In this document: one piece after another, positions 13,201 to 27,559 of the stretch | How the letters are laid out: the number at the start of each line of letters is the position of its first letter | Numbering within the stretch: position 1 is the first letter of the stretch | Assembly: GCA_037379345.1 (NCBI GenBank) | Contig: CM074515.1 | Span: forward strand, 1,736,001-1,800,000 | Source of the DNA: Perna viridis | Taxonomy: Eukaryota | Direction: 5' to 3' | DNA: 64,000 nt | Notes under the pieces: generated by a model | Told to the model about the DNA's origin: nothing | The model's database searches: none | The model's input: only the letters and a program-made list of their open reading frames with translations | Position numbers and translations under genes: made by a program

Positions 13201-16200
13201 AACTCGTTGATCGTTATGGTGTATCCATCTGCACCATGGAAACTGATTTATTCAACGGGTGAAAGTTTTCCTTTCCTCATTGTCTACCCCGGACGACTTT
13301 TTATGAGCAACTCGACGAGTGTTTCTAGAAAAGCAGAGAACGCTTACCCTACCGGTGCACCTGGTTCATGCTCCCAGTTTTTAGTGGAGTCTGAGTTGCT
13401 CATTTGCTTTTGTTACTTTGTATGTATGATTTTAGTTACTGTATGTTCTTTGTTGTGTATGTCTGTTTTCCATGTCGGGTCTTTGTCCCTGGATTACATT
13501 CTTTTGATTACCGCTATAACCTTGGTTCCCTTGCTTACTCTTCCAATCTGATGTCAAAATACCCATGATCAGAAGTTCTGGCCTTGACCTTGGCAGATTA
13601 AATGTGGAAATATTTTAGGAAGCAAGCTATAATAATAACGATAATAATAATAATATTTCAAGGATGATTAGTTGGAGACTAACTGTGTAACCTTCTTAAA
13701 ATAAACTATTATAATTAATGACGAAGTTAGAGAAATAGTTTTTGGGCATGGGGGAAAGTTGGGATGGGTAAGCATTTTGTAAGTTTCATTCCCTTGGGCC
13801 CATGATTTGCCTAGCTTTATACATATTCTTTGTCTGTTTTTACTATTGACACATCCAGGCCCCAGTGCCACAAAGCTGCAAAAATACTTAAGTCTGAGAA
13901 AAATCTTAACTGTGACATCACCAATTTCAAAGACTTTGATATGAGTCACCATGGGAGTTAAGAATATTCTCAGACAAGTATTTTTTAATGTATTTTGGTG
14001 CCCTGGCCAGATCTCTTTAGGACTGCTTATGATGTACACAGCCAAATGTGCCACATATGATAATCATATGGTGCTTAATTCATATGATAATAATATGGTA
14101 ATCATATGACAATCATATATTTAACATGTGGTAGTCATATGATTATCATATGATTCTCATATGATAATATGGGCTTGAATAGACATAGACATAGACATAG
14201 ACATAGACAAGCTTTGTTTAAAGACAGCAAGACATAAAACAATAAACACAAGCTCTTATGAGCTTTTGAACTGAAAACATATGATAATCACATGTTTGTC
14301 AAAAACATGTGATTATCTAAGATAACCATGTGATTATCATATGTTAACTGAAACATATGATTATCATGTGATGCTCGATTCATATGATAATCATATAATG
14401 CAAACCATATGATTCTCCTGTGTGGCAGGCACATTTGCCTGTGTAGAAACTGAGTATACTATTTCTGTTATTCACTCACAGATCTAAAGCAAAATTAAAC
14501 TTGTCTTTTCCTATTTTTTAGCATCCTGGAGGAGAAGAAGTTTTGTTGGAACAATCAGGTATTTTATTGGTGTAGTAAGATAACATTCACATAAAAATGC
14601 TAAATTTATGTACAATTTATGTAAAATAAGGGTTCCAAAAAGATATAACATAATGTTACATATTATAATTTTTTAAAGATCCTTTTGATATTATGTGTTT
14701 CAATGGTATTTAAGTTTATTAAATGCACTAAAGCAACAAAATAATGTCACCACAGAACAAGAAAGAAAAGGTCACTTGTATGTAAGTGCATTGTACTAGT
14801 GTACTTACAGTTTTGTTGAAGATTACTTTGAAAACATAGATTGCAATTCACTTTCTTGTTTAAATTATATGTAAATACTTGTATATAACAGGTCGTGATG
14901 CTACAGAGTCATTTGAAGATGTAGGACATTCACAAGATGCTAGAGAATTAATGAAAGATTATTTAGTTGGAGTTTTACATGAGGTATGGAGAAACATATA
15001 GGGTGTAGTGTAAGAGATATATATGTGTATGTATATTAGTTAACAGCCTTTATTTTGAGCATCTTCATTGTTTCATGAATATATGAAAATATGTTTCATA
15101 GTAACTCCTTCAGCTACATATGAGTGAGGGCATTACTAAACCCACAAAATTATAACTTCATCACTAATGTTTGAACCTCCTCTGTGACAGGCAAGTGACA
15201 AAGTAATTCAGCTTAATACTGTGAGGTATAATCCTTCAGCTAAGTAAATAGACTAGATATATGAACGTACTACTCACTACAGTAGAAGTAAGTTATCCTT
15301 CTCCATCCTCAAAAATATTTATACCATGAATGAATCAGAACACAATTAGCTGAAGTAGTTATTCAAAACTCATGCAGGGACAGATCCAGAGATTTTGAAA
15401 AGAGGGTTCCAGGCTATTATTTGTTCATTTTAACCCCAATTTTGTACAAAATTAACAAATTTCCTACAGGGAAGGGGGTGGGTTCAACCCTGGGAACCCT
15501 TTTGGATCCACCACTGCCATGGGATTTTAGTTTGGTGATTAATGAAATAAGAGCTTGATTTACCTCACATTTGCTACTGAGGATCAAACCCTAGTCTTCT
15601 CAGTGGTAAGCTAGTAGTATACTACTTTGAAGGAAGAATGAATCCTTTGGTCAGTGAACTGGCTAAAGTAGTCTGTCCTGCTATCATGATGTATCTATAT
15701 TGTTTAGAATCATTGGTGCTGTTACTTATATCCATTAGTACAAAATATTGTATCTGAACATAGCATGGATGTTATAACTTAGCAATTAACAATATGAATT
15801 ATATTTGTATTTCAGAATGATAGAAAAGCAGTCCCAGTGAAGGTATGGACACATCAGAAATAGCCTTAATCTAGAATATAGTGTGCACACCAAACATCAA
15901 AATTTTATTTCAAAGGAAAATGATATTTTATAATATAGTTTTATCACAGTTTATATGGCAAATGGCTACATTTTAAAATTATCCTCATATGCAAAAAGAA
16001 GACTTTCTTCTCACAAATTTCTTATGAAGTCAATATAAAACCAGGCCAAAACAATAGTCTTGTTTCCTGCTGCAAGCAAGAAAAATTGGGTAGGTAGGGA
16101 AATAATTTTATTTTCAAAAAATTATTTTCTATGAGTTAAAGGGGAAACAAATTAAACTTTAACAATGCATGAGCCAATCTGACCATAAAATGTTTAAGGT

Positions 16201-17633
16201 AGGCACAAAAAACTAGGCTTGGTAGGGTAGCAGGAAACTGACTCTTTTTTTTGGTGCAAGAACTATAACTTTTGAAAATCATGATTGAAACTGGAGAATA
16301 TGTACTTGTTCCGTGAATAAGTATAATTTTAAAATTCAGACAGAAAAAAATCTAGACTGATCCTTACACAAAGAGCCTGTATTGTGTATTTGATATTGAG
16401 CAAGTGACTATTTCTTTACAATACCTGTCAATAACACAGAAAGTCTTTTTATATAATCAATACATTGTACATATAAACATATACTATATATGCAATTCAA
16501 AATCAATTACTAAACCATAATAAAATTTCACTACTTTATGAAAATAAACCTGTATTTGTGTTTTTTAAAGTATTACTCAATAAAAAGTCAGTAGTCTAAT
16601 GAATGTGGAAGGGTAGGAATTAATTTTGAAGCTTTACTGTATTTCAGGAAAATACAACCATAAACGCACCATCTTCAGACCAAGGAAGGTATGCACTATA
16701 GATTTAATTGAGATGTCTCCTTTTAATTTACATGATTCTCTAGTGAAAAAATGGTACATAAAAAAGTATTCTCAGTTTTGGGGATTATTTACTGAGCATT
16801 TGACTTGAGCTTAAATTACAAATGCATACACCGATATCTCTTTTTTGTTCAGAAACCTTTAATTTTGAATATTGCTGATTCCCCAGTAATGGAATAAGTA
16901 GTTGTTGATTATAAGAATATAAAGAATGACCGTGTTGGAAAAACATTACATTTTAGATCCCTTAATATATTACACTATTTGAAGTTTATGTATCATTTTT
17001 ATATTATTGAGCCAGATTTAAAGCTGAATGAAATTGTACATCTAATTTGATTAAGAAATGATGATTTTGTTTTTTTTTCTCACAAATGTACATAAAATCT
17101 TTGCATAATGTTTACTCCTACTTGAATCACCTTGTCTGTCCATTCAGGTTTCATTAAAATTATCTCAACTCCCAATGGATTGATTGATCTCAAATATGGT
17201 ATATGGCTTTGTATACATGTAGATGGGGCATATATTGTAAGCAATTTTAATTGCTGTCTGATATCAATGTCCTGTTTTGTTGGACTTTTTAAAATTTTTC
17301 CCTATATGGAAAGAGTTGGGAAATACCTTGTGTGACAACATGTGCAACTTCATTTTTATCATTTAGAGAGTAATCAAGGGAACCAACATTCTAGCAGGAA
17401 TCAGAAGAACAAAGACCAGACATGGAAAACAGACATACACAACAAAGAACATAAATTGACTAAAAATAACACATACAAAGTAACAAAAGTAAATGAGCAA
17501 CTCAGACTCCACTAAAAACTTAGATAAGTTCATTTCAATTTTTTACAGTTCATGGTCTGGATGGTTAGTACCATTTGGTGTAGCGCTAGCTGCAGCTCTC
17601 CTCTACAGATACTTTATGTCACAGAGCAATTGA
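7201..17633 (+). CDS. CYB5: Cytochrome b5 (tail-anchored), 129 aa, 6 exons
   Basis: Exons 7201-7308, 14522-14558, 14892-14983, 15816-15842, 16648-16688 and 17549-17633 join in frame. They encode [41 protein letters not shown] (heme-ligand HPGG and GHS motifs) and a C-terminal TM segment [27 protein letters not shown] lies near 17730. The ORF track misses this gene because the exons are short. Confidence 0.95.
10518..10635. repeat. 40-42-bp x3 tandem repeat
   Basis: gtagtgtacatagaacaaacatagcattgtatgtggtcgacg. Confidence 0.85.
12516..13545 (+). mobile_element. Naiad-like Penelope element copy, internally deleted near 13115
   Basis: [29 protein letters not shown] and [10 protein letters not shown]; nearly identical to 3668-5345 in the opposite orientation, with the same 3' UTR. 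Confidence 0.85.
14035..14445. mobile_element. MITE with TA-flanked TIRs and internal CATATG repeats; carries a nested LINE 3' tail (14176-14270)
   Basis: TACACAGCCAAATGTGCC ... GGCACATTTGCCTGTGTA (1 mismatch). The nested piece has the hairpin AAGCTC-TTAT-GAGCTT and (ATAGAC)n. Confidence 0.7.
15375..15516. mobile_element. MITE (CAGGGGCGGATCCA-type TIR)
   Basis: CAGGGACAGATCCAG ... TGGATCCACCACTG imperfect inverted termini. Confidence 0.55.
17367..17520 (-). mobile_element. Naiad-like 3' UTR fragment
   Basis: Matches the 3' terminus of the other copies (gtaatcaagggaaccaa...atgagcaactc.gactccactaaaaact). Sits about 30 nt upstream of the last CYB5 acceptor. Confidence 0.75.
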
Positions 17634-18396
17634 TGGAGTCTTGAGGAACAATGATTTTTGTATGGTGCAGTTGTATTTTTGGCAATGTTTTTTTAGATGT
17701 ACATGTCATGAAAGTAGGAATATCTGTTAAATAAAACTTTCTTGAAAAAATTCTTATTGATTTAAAAAACTCTACTCAATTTAGTTACTTATTTTTTTAT
17801 GAATTGTTTTTCATTGATTTTTTCTATAATGATGTTTACTCAGATCAATTAAACAAATTCTCACCTTCATTTGCTTAAGTATTTCTAATTACCCCTGAAC
17901 TCTACGAAAAGTTTATAAAAATGAATTAAAAAGTCCAATATTCTGTGACCTTTGGTTGTGCTTCATTGTAGTGAGCCATAGTTCACTAGAAGATAATAGA
18001 TAAAATACCATTTTTTAAAATTTTTGATTAGTTTTGTAACATGCATTGTTGACTTGAATCCATTGTTTTGTGATCTGCATTTTTGTTCTTGTTGGTATAT
18101 TAAAGAGAACAGTTTTTTCTGCCTTATAATAGACCAGGCAATAAAGATATTTATTTTGACTGTTTTACTATAGTCAAGTATTAGTAGATATTTAGAATTG
18201 TATTCTTTCCATAAAATTCCAGTGGAAAGAGAGGGAGATTAAATTTTTGAACTTTGACTATTACTTATCAGGATCTGCTCATGTAAATGAGCCATTACTA
18301 GATGCCATACAAAACACAAATGAAATGCCTAGAAGCTTACTAAACTGAAATACTTAAGAAATCAGTATTTATGTTTTTAAGAACCTGATTATATCC

Positions 18397-19219
18397 ATTT
18401 TAGCTCACCTGGCAAAGGCCAGGTGAGCTATTACCATCCCTTGGCGTCCGTCGTCGTCGTTAACAATTTTTCAAAACTCTTCTCATCTGACACTTCTGGA
18501 CCAATTGAAACCAAACTTGGTATGAATGTTCCTTGGGGTATCCTGCGTAGAACTGATGTGGGGATTTTTGACCTGTTGAAAAACATGGCCATGGTTACTA
18601 AAAATAGAACTTAGGGATCAGACAGTAGTTTTTCACATATATCTCCAAAACCTTTAGGTTTAGCCAAATTCTGCCATGGGGTAATGGTGTTCAGCATGAT
18701 GAGATCTATCTGCAGTCAAATTTTCATTTTAATCTATTATGCCATGTTGAAGTTATTGCCCTTTTTTGTCGTTTTTAGCTCACCTGGCCAAAGGCCAAGT
18801 GAGCTATTGCCATCACATGGCATCCGTTGTCGTCGTCGTCATTAACAATCATACAAAACTCTTCTCTGAAGAAACCACTAGACTGATTAGAACCAAACTT
18901 GGTTTAAATGTTCCTTGGGGTATCTTGCATAGAACTGATGTGGGGATAGCTGAAGTGGGGTTTTTTGATTCGTTGAAAAACATGGCGGCTGTTACTAAAA
19001 ATAGAACATAGGGGTCAAACAGTAGTTTTTCGCATATATTTCCAAAACCGTTAGGTTTAGCCAAATTCTTTCAATAGCTGAAACGATCCTTATTTTTAGA
19101 ACTACAAAAGTATTAAGGCATAAAAGTTGTCAGACGCCTCCTTGTAAGAGTTATTGCCCTTGTAAGGTGAAAAATGACTTCTTTTTTGAGCAATTCAGGC
19201 TCCTGGGAGCCTCTTGTTT
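18397..19219 (+). mobile_element. Helentron/HINE-type non-autonomous element with two tandem heads
   Basis: TTTTAGCTCACCTGGC-AAA-GGCCAGGTGAGCT hairpin plus a (GTC)n microsatellite at 18397 and again at 18772. 3' hairpin GGCTCC-T-GGGAGCC followed by TCTTGTTT at 19198-19219. Confidence 0.75.
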
Positions 19220-19860
19220 GTAGTAAGTGTGACAATTATAATTGTGTTTGATTTTGATGTGATGCAAGCTGGAAGATATTGTCTAACCATCAGGAATTAA
19301 ATGTGAAATCCAGTTGTAGTGTTACCATTAATTCTACCACATTGTGCTTTTATTGCTTCTATTGAGAATTCACAGGATATCATTTAACCGTTCACATATT
19401 ATTTAGACGACATACTATATTATCCAGCCTTGGATTCATGCTCTATATTCTGCTAGTGTTGTGCTCTGCTTTTATTTTGCTTCAGGAAATGTATGACAGA
19501 AAGGGACCAATACCATTTGTTCTATGTAATAGCTTCAAGTTTATTGGATATGATTGTTATGGATAGTAAATTAAAAGTTTAAATTATACAGATCTTTAGT
19601 TGGTGACATAACAATATATATTTAATGGTTTAACTAAATATTAACACCATGGAACAATATCTATTATATAGATAGCAGTGTTTTATTTAATGTTCCCAGT
19701 ATAATAAATTTCAATAATTCACACTGTGAAGTAAACTCAGTAATTTCACTCTGGCCCTTTCTCCTGCCAAAACATCACAACTTTGATATAAATCTGCCAA
19801 TCACAGAATTCAAAGTTCATATTGAAAATATCGATTAATTATGAAAAAATCTATATAAAA

Positions 19861-20035
19861 AATAGGATAATCAATTGGTTATCGTGAAGAACCAAAAAAT
19901 TATCACTCATGCCAAGAACACTTGAGAATTTAACTCTTGCACGGAACAAGTTACGCACACTCGTTAAATCTAGGAGTTCTTCGGCACTCATTATAATATT
20001 TTGGTTATTCACTCTTTCCAATTAATTATCCTATT
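19861..20035. mobile_element. Fold-back MITE
   Basis: AATAGGATAATCAATTGG ... CCAATTAATTATCCTATT termini (1 mismatch) plus further internal inverted matches. Confidence 0.6.
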
Positions 20036-22456
20036 AATATTTAATGGTATAACTAAATGTTAACACCATGGAAATTTGTAATTCATGACTTAGGTACAAA
20101 TAATCTATGACCTTAGGAAAATTCAATCTGTTATTACATGGGCATTCAACAAACAGCTTAAACCACAGCATATTAAAAAAATATTGTATTTTTTTTTTTT
20201 TTTGATTGTAAAAAATGCAACTGGCATTAAATTGCCATAATTATAACTATCGTTAAATTTTTATCAGAAGATCTTTTTTTTCAAAATTGCAAACATAAAA
20301 ATAAATTGTAACTTCGAGGTTTTTATTTACAAGCCTGTTGCTAAATGAATTTATTTTAAGTTAAAAACTCTTAGCTTGTTCACAGGTCTTGCAATTATTA
20401 AATGTTTTGATGGTTGGATTTATTTTAAAGTAGGGAAGGTTTCTATGGTTTTCAGTAATGTGCAGGTGCAGGTTTTTTGTATCTAAGGTATGACCTTTTT
20501 TAGTCCTCTACCAGCGACTTTAGATTTGCACTCAAACCACCTGTCAGCCTGGCAAATCAGTTTCCCTTGCTTTTTTGTCATGGTTGCAGATATTCATGTG
20601 ATATTTGGTAAAATGCTTTGCCATGAAAAGTTGACATTTTTTTTCTAATTGGTTAATTTTTTGCTGAGTTATGGTCCTTGGACTTTCATTCTTGAAGACA
20701 ATTATTTTTTATAATGTGAATTATAAACCATGGCAATTCAAGATCAAGCTTTTTTCTCCAGTTTTTGAACTATTTGCTGCGTAATGATACTTTGTGGAAT
20801 TTGTACATAAATGCAAAAACTCTGTTTCACCAACATTTTTCATCATGTTTGATATTTAATGAATTGATTTACTAAGTCAATTATTCTTTTCCTGAGTTAT
20901 GGCAGTATGTCATTGTCTAGCACTTTTCTTAGTAACAAGTTATGCATGATCTTTGCATTCTATTCTTATAGACAGATTTTTCTTCAGGTAGGAGAATACT
21001 TCTTGAAAAAAAATACTTTGTGGAACCTTGAACAGTTAAAAGAGTTATGAATAGAGCATTTAAACTTGTACAGCTTTTAATATGGATGGTTATTTGGTGT
21101 TTGAGGTATCATTAATTTAATGAAATTGTGACATCATCTTTGTTCTAAATATTAAGACAAAACACACGATTTAAATTTATTTGATTGCACTACCAGTACC
21201 CAATTTTTATAATAACAGGTACTCACATGAAGTGTATAAATAACAGGTACTCACAAACAGTGTACAAATAACAGGTACTCACAAATAGTTGATAAAAACA
21301 TATACCCATTTGGTTTTTGACTAATTATAAAAAAGATATGGTATGATTGCTAATGAGACAATCATCCACTAAAAGCCAAGCAACAAACAATTAAACTTCT
21401 ACATGTTAACTAACATGTTTCTAAAACCATTAATAACACATATCATACAAAAACTGTCAATTTTGATTAAATATGAAGAAATGTCAAAATGTGTTGTCAG
21501 CAAAACTGCTGCTGGATACAAATAAAATGATTGGATTGAAATGCCTTTTCTCCCTAATTATCACCTATTTTATAAATTACTAAGAGTTCTATAGCTGTCA
21601 TAATTATTGAAGAATGTCTATCATTTAACTCTAGTCACAATGAAACTTGGCTCCTTTTCCATATTTTTTTTTAAAATAAAATGCAATGATCTCTGTAAAA
21701 GTGAATTAATTACGCTTAAAAGAGAAATAACTAATTGCACTATGCATACGAAAAATATAGGGTAAACAAACTATTTAAAAGCACACTCAGTTATTATAAG
21801 GAACAACTATGGATTAAAAATAACTATAATTCACTGGACATGTTTATAAACATAAACACTTAATCCCACATACAAAACACTAAAACCCTCATAGAAAACA
21901 AGCTATCATAATGTTTCCAATTATGTCCACACAATGTGCAAACAAAAAAGGTTAAATAAAAAGTTCCAAAGAAAATAAACCAAAATAACAACAACATTCC
22001 ATACATAGAAAGAAAATAAACAGACAAATGTTGTTAATATAAACTACTCATTACTGGTAAATACGAATAACAAGGTAGTTTTAATAAATATAAATTTTAA
22101 GTGTTTCAGCTGGCCCAAAAATGTACATTGTATGGTAGATGATCCACATTTCCCTTTAAAATTCTAGAATATTAAATATCAATGCAAATTATTAACTCAA
22201 GAAATTGTGTAATTGAATTATAATTAATAACATGATTTAGTGCAGACCATTTCTCAACATCTCTCTGTATGATTTACTTTGAATGTGACAACATAACTAT
22301 ATCAAAACTTTAAAAAGGAAGAACTTTCAAAAAAGGTTTTAAATGCTTTTGAAATTTCCATGAATTTGGTATTGCTACATGCCAGTTGCATTTGTTAATA
22401 AAGTGTTCTACATGTGGTTTGAGTTAAATTGGGTTAAGGGACTATTCTCTATCAGG

Positions 22457-25033
22457 TTATTTTGGAACATAAACAGCACAACTATTGTGTTCCCATGCTT
22501 GTATCTTTGGATTACAGTTCTCCGACCATGACATTGTCTTCAGATCAAGAACCATAACAGTGTCTGCCTTTCTCTGATAATCACCATCAATCCAGCCACC
22601 AATGACAAAGATTTTCTTGTCAAAACATGTGTAGGTAGCAAAGAGACGTGGATTTGGAACAGATCCAACGCTCTCCCATTCATTGGACTCGCTATCATAC
22701 CTGTCAATACTGGAAACTAAAACTCTATCATCAGCTCCAGTCTCATGCCATCCACCAATAACATAGATCTGTCCTTCATATACAAACATAGCATGATCAG
22801 CACGACGGGATGGCATTGATCTAAGTTCTGACCAATAATCATATTCAGGGTAGTAAAGGAAGACGTCGGCTAGGGCATGATCATCCTGTAACCCTCCTGA
22901 GATATACAGATGGCCTCCATCACAGACACCAGCATGCTGGTATCGACTATTTGGAATGGGAGCAACAGGGTCCCAACGGTTTTCTTCTGGGTCATAGCAT
23001 TCACATGGTGTTTCATCATCTACCGCAATATCGTCAAAACCAAATCTACCTCCCACAGCATATAATTTACCAGCCACTCCCCCTACAAACAGCCTACAGC
23101 GGTCACTGGGTAATGGAGCAATGCTTTTCCACTTATTGTCACTAGGACTGTATTTGAAACAGAATTTGTGCAATATTTCTTGCACGAGATCATTATAGCA
23201 TCCACCAACTAAATAGATATCATTATTGAGAACAGCAAGCCCAAAATCACACTGCTCTGCATATGGAATCTTTGTAAGGATTTCCCACGAGTTGGATTCT
23301 GTATTAAAGTACCTGAGGTCATTAGTCATACCAAGGTCGTGTCGGAAACCTCCAACACATACTATTACTTCTTTGAAGCCTCTTTTATTCAGAAGTCCTG
23401 AGTTTCTGTAAGAACGTTCCACTAATGATGATTTAAACCAATGACTGACGTCTGGTTGTCTTTCTAATAACTGATAAAGTAACTTCTTGTTCCTTATTGT
23501 ATCAACATCAAACATTGACAGTTCACCTAATCTCAATCGAAGTAAAAGTCTACATGCAAAAGGCTTCCTATCCTCAAGTTTATAATAAATCCAGTCTAAT
23601 AATGCTGATAAGATGTCTAATTCTGAGCAATTAACAGGATAATCACTGTCTAAAATGTGACATAATGTTTGGAAAGTAAGTTTAGGTAACTTGTCCATTA
23701 AAACATGATTAAGATTTGAACACATGAATCTAGTTGCTATGTTTTTCAGGTCATTGATAGACAACAGTTCGGCAAGGTTGAACATTTCAAAACAATTATC
23801 AAAACAAATGTGAGATTCTATAAACTTTGTACAGGCTGCAATTACTGGTGTTAACTGGATATAATTAGCTGCCAGTAAGATATCCTCCACATTATCTGAA
23901 ATATAACAAAAAAACAATAAGTCAACAGATTGTAATTCATTACAAATATATAAAAACTTTTCAATCTTGATTCTAAGGAAAAAAAAAAACAAAATAAAAA
24001 CACAGGTACCTTTTTTACATTGAATAATGTTTTGCACATTCCACCATCCCACAAGACTGTATGAACTAACCAGACCCAAACAACAGTTAGTTTTTACAGG
24101 TTTTACTATTTCAAAATGCCTGCCTTTCCTGTGGACATTATACAGTTGTGTGTGGTTATCTTTTTTGAACAATCAATTTTTCCATTTTCTTCTTTAGAAT
24201 TGAAGTTGTGAGGATGTTGTATTATCCTTTTTTGTTACAAACTGAATGGCCAAACTAACTTAGATCCAGTTCCAAACCAACCTTCATCCAGTTCAATACT
24301 AACCTAAATCCAGTTCCATGTAAACTGAATCATAAGGCCAAACTTATATACTAACCTAGATCCAGTTCCATACTAACCTAGATTCAGTTCCTAACTAACC
24401 TAGATCCAGTTCCTTCATATGTACTAACCTAGATCCAGTTACAAACCAACCTAGATCCAGTTCCATACTAACCTAGATCCAGTTCCATGGAAGAAGAGTA
24501 GGCAAAGTCTATAATATTCCTAATTCCTTTGGCAGTTATACCATTCATGTTGATAACATCTTGATTTGTTTCCTTCAATCCATCTGTGAACATGGCCCTG
24601 GAATATCATTAACTAGTCATCATCTGATTTGACATAAGAACAAAGGAAGACTGCCATAGAATGTAATAATCATATAATTTCAGTCATGTTATGTTTTATA
24701 CTCCTCACCTGTTCTGCTTTAACTTTATTACAATATGCTAATTAGATTTTAATGTCGATCCGTTACACAACGTGACGTTAAAGATATTACAGAATATGGT
24801 GTTACACAAGTGTCCATGAACAGGGATATACTGTACCTGAAATAATCACAGCATGATGCTAAGACAATCCTATGAGCTCTGAACTTCTGTCCCTCTGCCA
24901 CTAGAGTAACATCAAATAACTGTCTCTTCTTTCTCAAGGACTGAAGACCTTTCAACACCTGATTGCCATGCTCTGTAGCCACATATGTTACTGTTGATTT
25001 GTTATCTCCCCTTGAGGAGGATTGTATCACCAT
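22457..25033 (-). CDS. Kelch-like protein (BTB-BACK-Kelch, Cul3 substrate adaptor type), 586 aa
   Basis: Exons 24837-25033 (LFDVTLVAEGQKFRAHRIVLASCCDYFR, BTB), 24473-24597 (AMFTDGLKE...IIDFAYS) and 22457-23895 (BACK plus six kelch repeats with GG/Y/W signature). GT-AG junctions, phases 2 and 1. The exact KLHL orthologue cannot be assigned by eye. Confidence 0.92.
24254..24490 (-). repeat. 22-bp x about 9 degenerate tandem repeat spanning a KLHL donor
   Basis: Unit in gene sense: ATGGAACTGGATCTAG|GTTAGT. Confidence 0.85.
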
Positions 25034-25346
25034 TGTTACCAGTCTAACCTGAGAGCCTATGAAATAGAAAAAAAATAACACAACTACCAGAAGAATATCT
25101 TCTAATGGTAAAAGATATAGGCACATATATACCATTGTTTTAAAAGTTACTTTGTGTTATTTTTACTTCCAAAATATTAAGTTGCTACTATGTGCATATA
25201 AAACCACAGTGCTTCAAATTTAAATGGTAAAAGTATTAAAATTGAAGAACAATATGGTACTTTATATATATTATCCTCTATTGCATATAAATAGTATTAT
25301 ATTTATCTTCCATTTGTGTTAAAATACAGTATTGAAAAAATAAGAC

Positions 25347-25558
25347 CAGTGTTCTAGGATTTTTCAGAAATTGAGGTTTCCTCGGGAAAAATCCATATAA
25401 AATCAACTTTCCCACAGTCAATGACTGCTTTCCTAACAAATCCTTACAGCATATGAAGTTTTCAACTTGCCATGGGAAAGTGTAACTAAGTACCTAACTT
25501 TCCCTGACCCAAATTTCACTTGCTCCAGGTAACGGGAAATAGGAATCCTAAAACACTG
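25347..25558. mobile_element. MITE with 5-bp TSD (AAGAC); related copy at 60795-61008
   Basis: CAGTGTTCTAGGATT ... AATCCTAAAACACTG, flanked by AAGAC on both sides. Confidence 0.7.
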
Positions 25559-27559
25559 AAGACAATTGGTCATTTGGATGTGAAAAATTAGAGTGACCCA
25601 AAAGTATTTTTTGCTTTATAGACTATCCTGAACCTAATGAAAATTTAACCTAATGAAAACTTTATTGTTTATCTCTCGGACCCAGTATTTTTCATGCAGG
25701 AAAATTATACTTTGGCTTATGAACTGCATGAAAGAATCTAAATTTGTGTTATTGGTGATAAAGAAAGTTTTTGCACTTTACATATTCAGACCTTGACAGC
25801 GTCAAAAATAATTATCTCACAAGAAATATTCACCTAGCAATATATAAAAGTATATTTTTATCTTGGCAAGATTGGTATTGAAAAAAAAAAACTGTTGTTG
25901 AGTTGTTTTTAATTTCTGTCCTCCTATCCATGGCTCTTGTCCACAATATTTTATCACTAAAAATATTAAAACTATAGCCTTAACAAGCTTGTCTCACAAA
26001 TACAAATAAGGTCATTTTTGCCATTTATCAAGTTTTATTTATAATTTACCAACACAATGATTTCAGCAGAAATAAAAAGAATAAAGAATATAATACAGGG
26101 GTAAAGATCAGACATCAGACACACACAACTAAGAACAAATATGAACATAACATAACATAACCAAAATGACACATACAAAACCAAATGAACAACCTAGAAT
26201 ACACCAAAAATTAGGAGCATGGACCAGGTGCACTGGTAAGGTAAGCAAAGCTTTTCCAACTGATTCTTAAACATTTCAATTTCAGAAACACACATGACGA
26301 TAGTAATATTACAGCTAAATCCTTTAACTTTTTGAATCATTTCAGACACCTTTAATTCAAAATTCGACTTTAGTTGCATAATCAAATACCAAATAAAATA
26401 ATTAATTATAACTGTATATGCAACATCTCCAAATATATATCTTACCCTCAAGTAAACAAAACAGATATCCACAAATATTTCAAATTACATATGTCTGTGT
26501 CTGAAGTTAATATGAGACCAAATGATGGGTCATTTAATGATTTATTTTTGGAATTGAAATTGATACAGAATATACTGTGAATTTTATTTGTCTTGAAGCT
26601 ATTTATGGTAGATACAATTACAGATAGAAATAGGTCATAAATCTCAGGTGTCTACAGGTGATTTCAGGTAACTAGATGTACCTATAATTCTTCATGGATC
26701 GTTGATTTTACAACCTAAGGGGAGATAATTGATTGATGATGTTTATTAAATCTTTCAACATATTATCATAAATATGTAAACTTCAAGCATAACATTACAA
26801 CAATCAATAAAATTACAGGTAGATAAACAAAACTGAGTCAATGGACTTAAATGAATGAGACATTCAATTTCAAGGTGACAAATTTTGACAAAAAAGTTTA
26901 ATAGTTGAATAAAAAGTACAGATGGGCTGTGTAGATTACTAAATTTTATCTCTAATTGGGATGCCTTATTTGTAAAATGCCCTGTTCATCCAACACCCCA
27001 TAAGTCTGACACCATTTTTCTGCATATCAAATGATATTTTACGCTTTCAGATGATGTTTAATTCAAAAGCTAAGTGAATAGTACTGTATTTGGCATAATC
27101 TACAATGCATTAGTGCATATAATTAGAACATCTTAAAAATACCAGACACAAATAACATGTCTTGACCTATGTCACTTTCTTATATTGGTCACCACATAAG
27201 TATCTTCAATATGTATATGTTAGAGTAAATAAGCATAATAAGGAATTACAAGTAATTACTTAAATTTAATTATGATGAGTAATCACTAACTGGTTTGGTA
27301 TATTCATGTATTTCAATGTTTTCTTTAATCATAACAGGTAATTCCTAAAGATTCAACATTTTTACACTCATTTACTAAACATCTACTATATTTTGATATG
27401 ATTAAAAATTGAATATTTAAATGAACTAAGCAGTTTAGCTGATGAGTAATTTTCAAATTACAAGTAAAATACATTTTTCAAACGAAAAAAATATTCTGTG
27501 CGAAAATAAATGGGATTCAGGAAATCATACTCAACTACAGACAGTTTATTTACACTTTT

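Noticed and set aside
13186-13551. Hydrophobic ORFs recurring at 3587, 13186, 41082 and 54682
   Set aside because: Translations of the T-rich Naiad 3' UTR, with starts and ends that differ between copies.
23896-24172. N-terminal 90 aa of the 571-aa ORF as coding sequence
   Set aside because: Open intron sequence; the real acceptor is at 23896-23898 and the BTB domain comes from upstream exons.
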